The translations under genes were made by a program, and so were the position numbers. From contig CM022674.1 in the NCBI GenBank assembly GCA_012295275.1, positions 14,136,001 through 14,200,000 of the forward strand: a stretch of 64,000 nucleotides of DNA. Direction: 5' to 3'. The stretch's first letter is position 1; every line of letters begins with the position of its first letter. The DNA comes from Chrysomallon squamiferum. Taxonomy: Eukaryota; Animalia; Mollusca. Positions 53,213 through 64,000 of the stretch are shown one piece after another. The notes beneath the pieces were generated by a model that was not told where the DNA came from, did no database searches, and worked only from the letters and a program-made list of their open reading frames with translations.

Positions 53213-53548
53213 TTTGTCTTTTTATACTTATTTTAACTTATATATGCCCTCTGTGAATTGTGTTTCTATATATCTGAGTATTACGTTTTGTTACGTCAGT
53301 GTATTATTTACGTCACAAATGCAATAAGAATAACTCGTGTATTTCCGTAAAAGTCATGTGTTTGGAAAGACTTCATTTGACTTTTGAGAAACTTTTCATC
53401 GTTTATATTCATAAATTATCCTGTCATAATAAAATATATTTATCTAACGACATCTCTCTGTGTTAAGATAACAGTTGTATTCTGGGAAGGTTAACACTGA
53501 GGTTATTCCTGGGTGCATTCGACACATCTAATATCTAGACGGTAACCA

Positions 53549-53608
<60 letters not shown>

Positions 53609-54235
53609 GTGTGTGTGTGTTGTTTTTTTTGTGTGTGTGTGTGTGTGTGTATGTGTTTGTGTGTGTGTGTGTGTGTGTAGAAAGAGAGAAAGAGAGAGGG
53701 GGAGGGAAATAATGGGTTATTATCAGTTTTATCAGTCACTGGATCTGTGCAGGATACAGCTGTCAAGAAAGTAAGAAGTTTCTTTTAAACTCAGCCTATT
53801 TCTCAAATCTTCACTCACGACAACAGTAAACTTTTATGAATTGACTTCACTGTCGCTATACATCAAACTAAAACATATATTTGTAAATAACAAGTAATTT
53901 AAACACAGTTTTTCTCCCAAAGCCACACTTTTTTCACTGCCCGAAAATATATATTTCTACCATTTATAGTGATTACTTTATATGCGTGTGTGTCTGTGTG
54001 TGTGCGTGTGTGCGCCAATATACCATTTGTATAAATGAATTTATGTATGAATAAATGTATGAATGAATGTATGAATGAATGTATGAATGAATGTGTGAAT
54101 ATCATTTACAGTAAACAGAATTATTAAATTTAAAAAAATTACTAACTGCTCTTCGAAAGTAATTCCAGAAGAATCGAGAACTCATCCATCTGTAAACAGA
54201 TCGGGTGAAATCATTTCAGTTTATTAAATTGGCTA

Positions 54236-54275
<40 letters not shown>

Positions 54276-54400
54276 ATTTTTTATGTTTATTTTTATATAT
54301 TTTTTTTATACTAGAAAGAAATTGAGTACTATCACTGGATTCTGTGAATGACATACAAAAATAGTTAATTATTGATCAGTCTAAAAATAGTTAATTATTA

Positions 54401-54440
<40 letters not shown>

Positions 54441-55086
54441 TAATAATAATAATAATAATAACGATGGTGATAATGAAGTATCAAATAAATAAATAAGATA
54501 ACAATATAAAAGAAATAAAGGAATAAAAACAAGACATGAAAATCAATCAAAAGGCGGCGAAGCCTGAAATGAGTAAAACACAACTTAAAGGAAGTGAAAC
54601 GTTATTAATTTGTAAATTCGATTACGAACACAGCTTGTTGTCATAGTTACACGTACGATTTCCCTAACGAGTATCCATTATAATCATATCCTGATTAACA
54701 GTCAGGCTTATCAAATAACCATACAGTTCACGAACAACTTTCACACCTCATGTCAAAAAGTGAATTTCTGGTATTTCTTACTGCTGAAACTTTTAAATGT
54801 GACGCAATAACTGTTCTTATTTTATTGTTGAATGTTACGTGGTTTTGTCTTGTGAATCAGTTCAATACAATAAATAAATGTATTTAATTAAAGTTAATAC
54901 TTTTTAAAAATTAGCAACTTTTTGACGTAAATGCGACCATAACTATGTCACGTGACAGACATTATGGATTGTCTTAAACTGCTATCTTTGTTGGTTCACT
55001 TTTCCAAGTATATGTTAATTCAGAATCTTAAAAAGTTTTATTAGCATTATCATGTCATTTGTTGTTGTAATTACATATAAAGAAAG

Positions 55087-55125
<39 letters not shown>

Positions 55126-55603
55126 AGTTGGATTTCTTTAATTTATAGAAAGATAGTAAATACCGAGAAAGGACATATCGTTTGATCAGATAACTGATAA
55201 TTGTCACAAGTTCATCAAAGTATATTCAGATCGTATAATTGTCTCCGTATATTTTTGTTAAAATTAATAATAGGTTCAGTTAAGAACATTAATTATATGA
55301 TCATTATTGTGTTTACAGAAATAGGTGGGTTTCTTTTTCTTGTTTTGAGGTTTTGTTTATTTCTTTTTCTTCTTATTTTATTATTATTATTATTTTTTTT
55401 AAATCAGATTAATAGTGTATTAACTGATTTATAAACTATTTTTGTGAATTTTTTAACAAGCGCAATCTATTCTCAATATATTTAGACACTAATTTGATAC
55501 TGAAATCATTCTAGGATGACAAGAGTTAAAAAGAGGAGGAAAAGCGAACATTTCATTTGTGTTGAGATTTTTTTATGTAATGTCAAATATTCTGATTTAT
55601 TTT

Positions 55604-55657
<54 letters not shown>

Positions 55658-55815
55658 TGAAACTTATATATAACTGTAATGTAAAAAAGAACACTGATTT
55701 TCTTTCAGTTATATACAAGTATCAGAATTATTTGTCAAACTGACATTCCAGTCTGAATGCACATTTCGTGTTTCTTCTCATCAGTTAATAGTTGATTTAT
55801 CCATGAACATCATTC

Positions 55816-55886
<71 letters not shown>

Positions 55887-56522
55887 ACAAAAACACACAA
55901 TATATGCAATTTCAAAAATTGCTTAACTTAAAAAAAACCCTAAAAATAATAAGATAAAAAATATCGTTTTAAAATGAAGTTATTAAAGCATTTGTCAACA
56001 GTCACATTTAATTTTCTGCAAATCACACCTAACGAGAAATCTTGACCAAATTTGTTCCTATTCTGTAAGAAAAGACGTAATATGAAAATAATGTTCTAAC
56101 TGCTTATAAAAATCACTTTTTTTTTCACTATCTCTTTCTGTCACTGAGACGTTTCTTAATTTAACGAGAACTACTCAAGACGATTCTGAAAAGCTGCATT
56201 GTCCATCTTAAACCCAGTCGTTGATTTGTTCGTTCAGAATAAAGCGTTGTTATTCTAACCTGGACAGCACGCGCGGAGGAATGGCGTCTAAGAACCGGAA
56301 TATGGCTGCAGGTAAAACGCGGCTTGTTATTTTTGGTTCTTCAATAAAAAAGCGGTGATGGTGTCTGGCTGATGTGACTGATGTAAACACTCCGGGGTCG
56401 AAGCAGCGTCATGGAAACACTGAGAATCAGCGAACAGGGAATAGATTTGTAAAATATCACGATTCACAAATCAGCTTTTTTCCATATTTGACATCATAAT
56501 GTTTTCTTAATGATATGGAAGG

Positions 56523-56584
<62 letters not shown>

Positions 56585-57013
56585 TATATTATTATTATCA
56601 TTATTATTATTAATTTTTTTATTTCTATTTTATTTTATTTTTTTAGGTTTCTCGGCAGTATTTAATCGAGTGAACACTGGTGTATGATTGTTATGGAGAA
56701 AACGGATCAGCGTCTGCAGTTGATGTACAGAGATGATGGATCTCGTGACTGGAAATAAATTCAGATTAACACATTTTGTGTGCAAATTTGTGGCTCTCAG
56801 TCGTTTGGTTTAAAAAATGATTACCTTCTGCACTCAAGTCGGCGGTCGATTTTGAATTAATAAATAAATTAACGAATAATAAATACATTTATGTATAAAT
56901 AAGTTACCACGCGTCAAATAGATGCATTATTTATTTTATTATTATTATTGTTGTTGTTGAGACTACTACTATTCTTCTTCTTCTTCTTCTTCTTCTTCTT
57001 CTTGTTGTTCTTT

Positions 57014-57051
<38 letters not shown>

Positions 57052-57876
57052 ATGATTCTTGTTCTTCTCATTATTGTTATAATTATATTAGTAGTAGTAA
57101 TAGGACTAGTAGTAGTAACTAAGTAGTTATAGTAGTAGTCTTAGTAGTAGTACAAATAGTTATATTAATAACAGTAGCACTAGTAGTATTATCAGTGGTA
57201 GTAGCAGTACCAGTAATAGTAGTAACAGTAATAACAGTTCTATAGCAGTAGTAGTAACAGTAGATGTAGTAATACTATTAATACTAGTACTAATAATAAT
57301 ATAGTAGCAGCAGTAGTAGTAGTAGTAGATGTAGCAGTAATGTTAACAGTAGGAGTAATAAAGGTAATAATAATAATAGTTGTAGTAGCAGTAATTGTTA
57401 TTGTTATCATCGACCACGTACTGCTGTTGGAGGACGTGGGTTGCTGTTGGTATCGATTCACTGCGTCCTTTTCCCTGTCACAAACTACATACTAATTAAT
57501 TTGTCTTGTCCCTGGGCTGTTACTTTTTATTTCATTTTTTCTTCTAACTGTACAAGAAAAGCGCTACTCAGCGGTTTCGTGACTTCTATATGATCTGGAC
57601 TTGGAGGAGTGAAATCACTGTACACTCTGTTAGCAGTTTTCTATGCTGGTTGAATTCTCCTTGCGTGAAACCATAAACAGTTGCAGTTTCTCTCCCTGTC
57701 TTCGTACAGACATAGACAGAGAGCCACACAAACACAGATATACACACACATACACAGATACATACACATACACATATATACAAACACGCACACACACAGA
57801 AACACGCGCACTTCTGTTTTTTTTTTTATCTCGTTCTCTGTCTCTGTATCTCTCTATGTCTGTCCATTTCTCTCTA

Positions 57877-57973
<97 letters not shown>

Positions 57974-58482
57974 TTATTCTAAAAGAGTAAATATTGCAAG
58001 ACTATCTATATCAACCAACAATATATTAATATAGTGACCCATTAAAGATAAAGAAGAACAGTTCTTCCATTCAAGTAATTAACACTGACTAGAAAGACTG
58101 TATCGAGGGGCGATCCTGCTACCTTGTGTTTACAACGTGTTAACCGCCAAACTACTCGTCAAAACACAGCGTTCATGTAATCAAAGATTTCACATGTCGT
58201 GTCTGTGTTAACTATAACAGTGTTGTTTATCACACTGACTAACAAAGTTAACAGTGCTTTCAGGAGATTTCTAACAAAACTGATTCAATATACGCAATGT
58301 CCATCTCCTAATGCTGCTCGTTACAGAATAGATAACGACTGTCCAAGATAATGTTTTTTATTATAGTTGCTATAATACATATTTGTTTTAATATTTGTTA
58401 ATTTTATAGTCTTATATGACTATTTTTTTTTATTTATTTGTACTTTTTTTCATATATATATATATAAACACAGACATAAACA

Positions 58483-58570
<88 letters not shown>

Positions 58571-58737
58571 CTCTCTCTAACATTATTTATACATTATTTA
58601 TAAAATGATTTAATTTTTCTATATATATATATATATTGTGAGTTAGGTTTATATTGTTTTGTTGTTATTCGTGAATAAATACAAAAGTTGTATTGATAAT
58701 ATACATTTATTCAAAAAGTTACAATATTTAAAACATT

Positions 58738-58822
<85 letters not shown>

Positions 58823-60041
58823 CTCTCTCTCTAACATTATTTATTCATTATTTATAAAACGATTGAATTTCTAATGGATTGAGATGTCTTTATCAGATTA
58901 TTAAAGAGTATTAAAATGTCATTTCATCTTTCTGTTAAGGAGACATTTAGTTAAATATCGTTTTCAGCATCCATTTACAGATGTGTGTAAATCACTTTCT
59001 TGCTTTCCTCTCTGTCGAGACGAGGCTGATCTGGTTACTGGCTTCACGAAGATTTCAGACACATTTCACATCGTCACGAATCCATTTATTTCCATCCTTC
59101 TTTCATTTATGTCTCATTTTTCTTTTCGCTTTAATTGACATTACCTTTAAACTTGTCATTTCAGATTCGTGTTAGTATATATTTTTTTATATAGCGGAAT
59201 TTCATCTGGTTTCTTTCAAGTCGTTCTGAAATGCAAACAGTTTCGTGGTTAAAACAGTGGTTCGTGTCACGTGACGTAGGTCGTTTCATCAGTCCTTTCA
59301 TTCTCTGAGTTGTTTTTAGTCTGTTTCCCCTTCCTGATTATACTTCACGTCCGATTTATGAAAGAACGTTATGTATTCTTTCCTGTTTTTGAGAAAGTGG
59401 ATCTGCAAGATCACTTGTTGCTAATCGAGAAGAGAAGGTTTAGATCGACATCTTCCGGATTTTTTGCTATTACGACGTAACGCTATGTAGGATATTTATG
59501 TAGTTACAGTAAAACAAAATATGAGATAATATCAAGAAACCAGTCATTTATTTTAATGCTTTTTGTCTTGTACAACATTTATTATAAAATGTCCCTGTTG
59601 TTGTGTTGTTATGTTTATGTTCAGTAGATAGTAGGAGTATAATCACACTTTTGAACAGAACATACTCTTCTCTTATTTGTCTTTCACAGCATTATGGAAA
59701 CCTAAAAAACAAAAAAACAACAACAAAAAAAAAAAAAAAAAAATAAAAATAATGATAATAGTAATAATAAAAATATGTAAATACATAAATAAATAAATAA
59801 ATAAATAAAGTGATGTATTAGTGTTGGACAACTGATGAATTAATGCTGATTTATTACAGAATCATTGAAGAATTTACGAATAAGATAAGAAAAGGCCGAA
59901 TCACTGCCAAATCATTAAAATACTGAATCACTCCTGAATCGCTGCAGAACGCACGATAACAAGAACATGACGTCACATTCAGCAAATATTTGAGGACAGT
60001 TCTATTAACACACTGTTGTCTTCGTCTGGAGAATTCTTCTG

Positions 60042-61208
60042 TCAGACGTTCTCGCTCGCCGCTGCAGTCGGCACCAGCTGTTCTAAATGCGAGTGGTTGT
60101 TGACCGTGTCGTACGTGACGTTGGTAGAGAACCTCCTGGGCGTGGTTGTAGGCGTCTTGCAGACGACGACGCTGCAGACGGCGTACAAATGATCTCTGAA
60201 CTGTTGGCTCATGGAGCAGTAGAGAACAAAGTTAATGGCGTTGTTTATCAAAGCTGCCATGTCCAGCGTGTCCGCCAACAGCAGGTAGACGTTGTTGAAG
60301 AAGTACTTGTAGTTGGCGCTCATGAGGATGACGACGACCTGCGGCACCTCGGTGAGGATGTACATGGTGATGATCACTAGCAGCATCATCGTAGTGCTCT
60401 TGTGACGTTTCTTCTTCTTTGTTTTGTTGCTGGCTTTGAAGAGACGTTTCTGGAGCACCGCACTTTCGTGTAGCTTCTTGACGAGCAGTCCCACAAAGAT
60501 AGAAATGAGAACACAAGGAACGAGTTTGCACACGATCGAATACAGCCAGAACGCCACCAACGCCAACACCGCGGGATTGTCCGATCCAAGCACCGGTGCC
60601 GGCAGCGTGTACATCTTTCCCGTTGTCGTGTTCGACGTGTCGTTCTGAGACGTCATCCCTGACGCCTCGATCACCGTCGTCATCATGTAGTTGGGCATGA
60701 GGACTGCTCCCACCGCGAAGGGGATGAGACAGATGATGACACACGTGGTTCTGATGTCAGGACACTTCTTTGTCTGCAGGTAGACAAAGCGCATGATGGC
60801 CATAAACACCGCCAGCCAGATAGAAATAGCATGCGACGTCAGCGTCAGGTTTCCGTGAACAGCGAGGAACGTCGTCCACTCGTACGAATACCTCTCGGGC
60901 GTCGCCTCCAGACCACACAGCAAGTAGAAGTGGATGGCGTAAGGGATGTACGACGACATCGTGACAACGTCAGCTACGGCGATGGCAGTAAGAACACAGT
61001 TGATTGGCGTTCTCATCGAGGAGCGAGTGAGGATGTAGATGTTGAGGAGGTTGGTGATGATGCCGAACACGCAGACGACGAGGCTGAGGTAGCCGTGCAC
61101 GTCCCAGTACCAGTGGGCGTACGTGTTGAGTCCGTCGTGCATCTCAGAAAACAGCTCCTTCGTCGTGTTCTCGTTCTCCAACAACGTCACAGACGTCGAC
61201 GACTCCAT
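60042..61208 (-). CDS. Rhodopsin-class peptide GPCR, dmsr-1 / myosuppressin-receptor-like, single coding exon, 388 aa
   Basis: Seven hydrophobic segments; HGYLSLVVCVFGIITNLLNIYILTR..MRTPIN, AIAVAD, AIMRF at the DRY position, KLVPC, ILTEVPQ, NNAINFVLYCSMSQQFR. Acceptor ATTTCAG just upstream of the ATG (~61220). Confidence 0.9.
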   Translation of the reverse strand: MESSTSVTLLENENTTKELFSEMHDGLNTYAHWYWDVHGYLSLVVCVFGIITNLLNIYILTRSSMRTPINCVLTAIAVADVVTMSSYIPYAIHFYLLCGLEATPERYSYEWTTFLAVHGNLTLTSHAISIWLAVFMAIMRFVYLQTKKCPDIRTTCVIICLIPFAVGAVLMPNYMMTTVIEASGMTSQNDTSNTTTGKMYTLPAPVLGSDNPAVLALVAFWLYSIVCKLVPCVLISIFVGLLVKKLHESAVLQKRLFKASNKTKKKKRHKSTTMMLLVIITMYILTEVPQVVVILMSANYKYFFNNVYLLLADTLDMAALINNAINFVLYCSMSQQFRDHLYAVCSVVVCKTPTTTPRRFSTNVTYDTVNNHSHLEQLVPTAAASENV

Positions 61209-61469
61209 AGCTCAGATAACTGAAATCAGAAATAAATCAAATTACTATAAAAATGTCAGATGTAATAATAATAATAACAACAACAACAACAACAACAACA
61301 ACAAGACAACACAATACAATAACAGCTACAGTAGTTGCTACTACTGTCACTTCTGCAACAACACTTACTAATTTTACTTCTACTTCTGCTTTTAAGACTA
61401 CTAAAACAATTAGTAGCGCGTGCCGCAACTATTATTGTTGTTGTCTTATAAAATAATAACAGATTAAAA

Positions 61470-61504
<35 letters not shown>

Positions 61505-62192
61505 AAAGAGTAATCTGTACAAAAGATAAGCAACATTAATACCGAAGCTGCAACATCATATTCATGAGAACGAACGGAAATAAAAATTGTCTCGGTAATG
61601 ACAATAACCCGTAAGAGCAACGTCAAGAAGGAAATTAAAAATTTTGAACTGGGTCGAAAGATTTCTCAAAAAAAGAGAAAAAAAAATGTAAAAAGAATAG
61701 AAAAAAATTAAAATGGTAGAAGAAGTAAAAAGAAAAAAAAAAAGAGAGAGAGAGAAAATTTTGAAATACCATTAGAAGAAAACAGAGAAAATCTCTGTTG
61801 CAAGTAATAACGTTTTTTTCTTCTTCTTATCTCAAAGTGTAAACGTTTAGAGAGGAAGTTAACAAACGTGAAACATCCTGACTTTAATTACTGACTTTGA
61901 GTCACGTAACAACGAGCTGACGTGAAACTGTGAGTGGAGTTAGACAAGGCTGCTCAGTTTCCTCGCCTCTTTTTACTAAAGTGTTACACGTTTTAAAACG
62001 ACGTCTTATACAGCTTCCTTTTACGTAAATAGAACACGAAAATTAAAAAAACAAAACAAACAAAAAAAACAAAAAAAAAAACGTGTTTAATCATGATAGA
62101 CACCACTAGTGTCATAATAATGATAATGATGTGATGATGACGACAACAAGAACAGAAACAATCATAATATTAATAAGAACAGTAGCAGTAGC

Positions 62193-62224
<32 letters not shown>

Positions 62225-62264
62225 CAGTAGAAGTAATAACAGTAGTACTAGCAGCAGCAGAAGT

Positions 62265-62536
62265 TGTAATAATAACAGTAATAATGGTAGTAGTACATGT
62301 ACCAGAAATGTGGTAGTATTACTTGTAGAAGTAGTAATAATAACAGTAATAATGGTAGTAGTACATGTACCAGAAATGTGGTAGTATTACTTGTAGAAGT
62401 AGTAATAATAACAGTAATAATGGTAGTAGTACATGTACCAGAAATGTGGTAGTATTACTTGTAGAAGTAGTAATAATAACAGTAATAATGGTAGTAGTAC
62501 ATGTACCAGAAATGTGGTAGTATTACTTGTAGAAGT
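62265..62536. repeat. 68-bp tandem repeat, 4 copies, embedded in GTA/GCA-rich low-complexity DNA
   Basis: AGTAATAATAACAGTAATAATGGTAGTAGTACATGTACCAGAAATGTGGTAGTATTACTTGTAGAAGT with 68-bp period. Confidence 0.92.
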
Positions 62537-64000
62537 TGCACTAGTATAATTTGTTGAAGTAACCGATGTAGTTGTTGTTGCAGTAGTTGTAATTGTAGTA
62601 GCAGTGGTAATAGCAGAAATATAGTAGTAGTAATACTACTAGTAGACGTAGCAGTAGTAGAATTTGTAGTAATTTTCGTAGTAGTAGTAGTAGTAGGAGT
62701 TGTAGTTGTAGTACTAGTAGCAGCAGAAGTATTAGTTGTAATGAATTAACAATACGAATACTGCCATACAGAGAGCAACTATCAAAGTTAAATCATAAAA
62801 AAGAGAAATCCAATAAAAAAATAAATAAAAAACCCGTGACAAGAAAATGATAGCTAAGTGTCAGTTCTGTCGAACGAATCACTGACGTCTGTCACAGAGA
62901 AAAAACAACAACAGAGTACAACAGAGTAAGCCGATAAGTGACGCGAAGTGTCTGAATCAGACTCGCTGTCAGTATTTGCAGCGCGTGCCTGTGATCAGAT
63001 GACCTAATTGTAGCGCTTCAACAAGTTAGTTTTCTATAACTGGATTTACAGTTCGCCTGTGATGTTCTTTCTTGACGTCAAAATAAGATTTTTACACAAG
63101 TTATCTCGAATCACACTTTCTTATTCCTTTTTTAATGTTTCTGTTGTTGTTGTTGTTGTTGTTGTTATTGTAATTAGGATTAATGCCAATATTATCCTAC
63201 TCCGCCTGCCCCCCTCATCGTCATCATCATCATTTTAATTTCTCATGTTGTTACTGTTGTAAAAAATCGTATTTAGAAACACTATTATATAAGTTTTGTA
63301 ATGCAGTTTTGTATACTACTATACATCTGTCTACACTTTAATTGTATAGTCAATTTTATTTAAAATCATTTTCTGTTTCAAAGAACCGATCAGCCAATCA
63401 GTTTTGACTGTAACATTGATTGACACTTGCACCTTCTCGCTGATTGGTTGATGCGTTTACCCCTTCATTTGTTAATTCAGTTGATTCTTTTATTCATAGA
63501 TATAAACTTATTCACTAATTCATTTACTCATAAGAATTACTAATCATTATGAAGTACGGACTGGTGATTGAAACCACATATCTGATTATCGTTGTTTTTA
63601 ATTTAATAATATTCTCGTTGGTCTGTAGCGTATAGTTATTTGGGAGAAGTTTCTGGAATCTCTTGATCGAGAATTATTGTTTTTACTAAAATAATTGTTA
63701 TATTAATTTTTATTTCATCGATTGCATTTTGAAAGTGTTTATCTGCGAATTTGTTTCTTCTTTTCTTCTTTTTATTATTTTTATCTTTCTGTCTATTTAT
63801 CTGTCTATCTAAGCTTACATCTGTCTTTCTATCTAGTTATATCTATATATCTATCTGTATGTCTGTCTACATATGTATGTATTCATATATGCATATATAT
63901 ACATATATCTATTTATCTACGTGTACCTCTACCTATCTCTACCTATGTGTTTCGTTTCTTTATTTTATTTATATTTTTTTCTTAAACAAATTTATTAATC

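Noticed and set aside
60087-61223. Antisense and alternative-frame ORFs over the GPCR
   Set aside because: Expected shadow ORFs of a GC-rich coding exon.

Overview
AT-rich, microsatellite-dense, intron-containing animal DNA, most likely from a mollusc or other lophotrochozoan (inference from gene content and repeat style). By hand-splicing GT-AG exons I reconstruct seven genes: REV1 (+, 4880-17126, 18 coding exons); a 160-aa Pro/Tyr-rich gene resembling ciliary microtubule inner proteins (-, 23629-25458); a 113-aa secreted Gly/Tyr/His-rich structural protein (+, 26531-27395); brambleberry, the Kar5/GEX1-family nuclear-fusion protein (-, 31170-39255, 11 exons); an unrecognised ~960-aa type I membrane protein with a minimal Cys-capped ectodomain (-, 40983-48790); a 130-aa basic, possibly ciliary protein (-, 50735-53212); and a dmsr-1/myosuppressin-type peptide GPCR with an intronless CDS (-, 60042-61208). 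A ~5-kb composite satellite (44-bp, ~58-bp and 57-bp units) follows REV1. The most notable pattern is that several minisatellites are amplified copies of exon-intron junctions. One REV1 acceptor array carries an in-frame stop behind each perfect decoy acceptor, and one REV1 donor array is stop-free and ends in an in-phase duplicate donor. Two coding frameshifts are also present (REV1, at an in-phase A_AAA_AAG, and the membrane-protein gene); assembly indels are the most likely cause. No prokaryotic systems, CRISPR arrays or recognisable RNA genes were found. All models are manual and unverified by transcript data.
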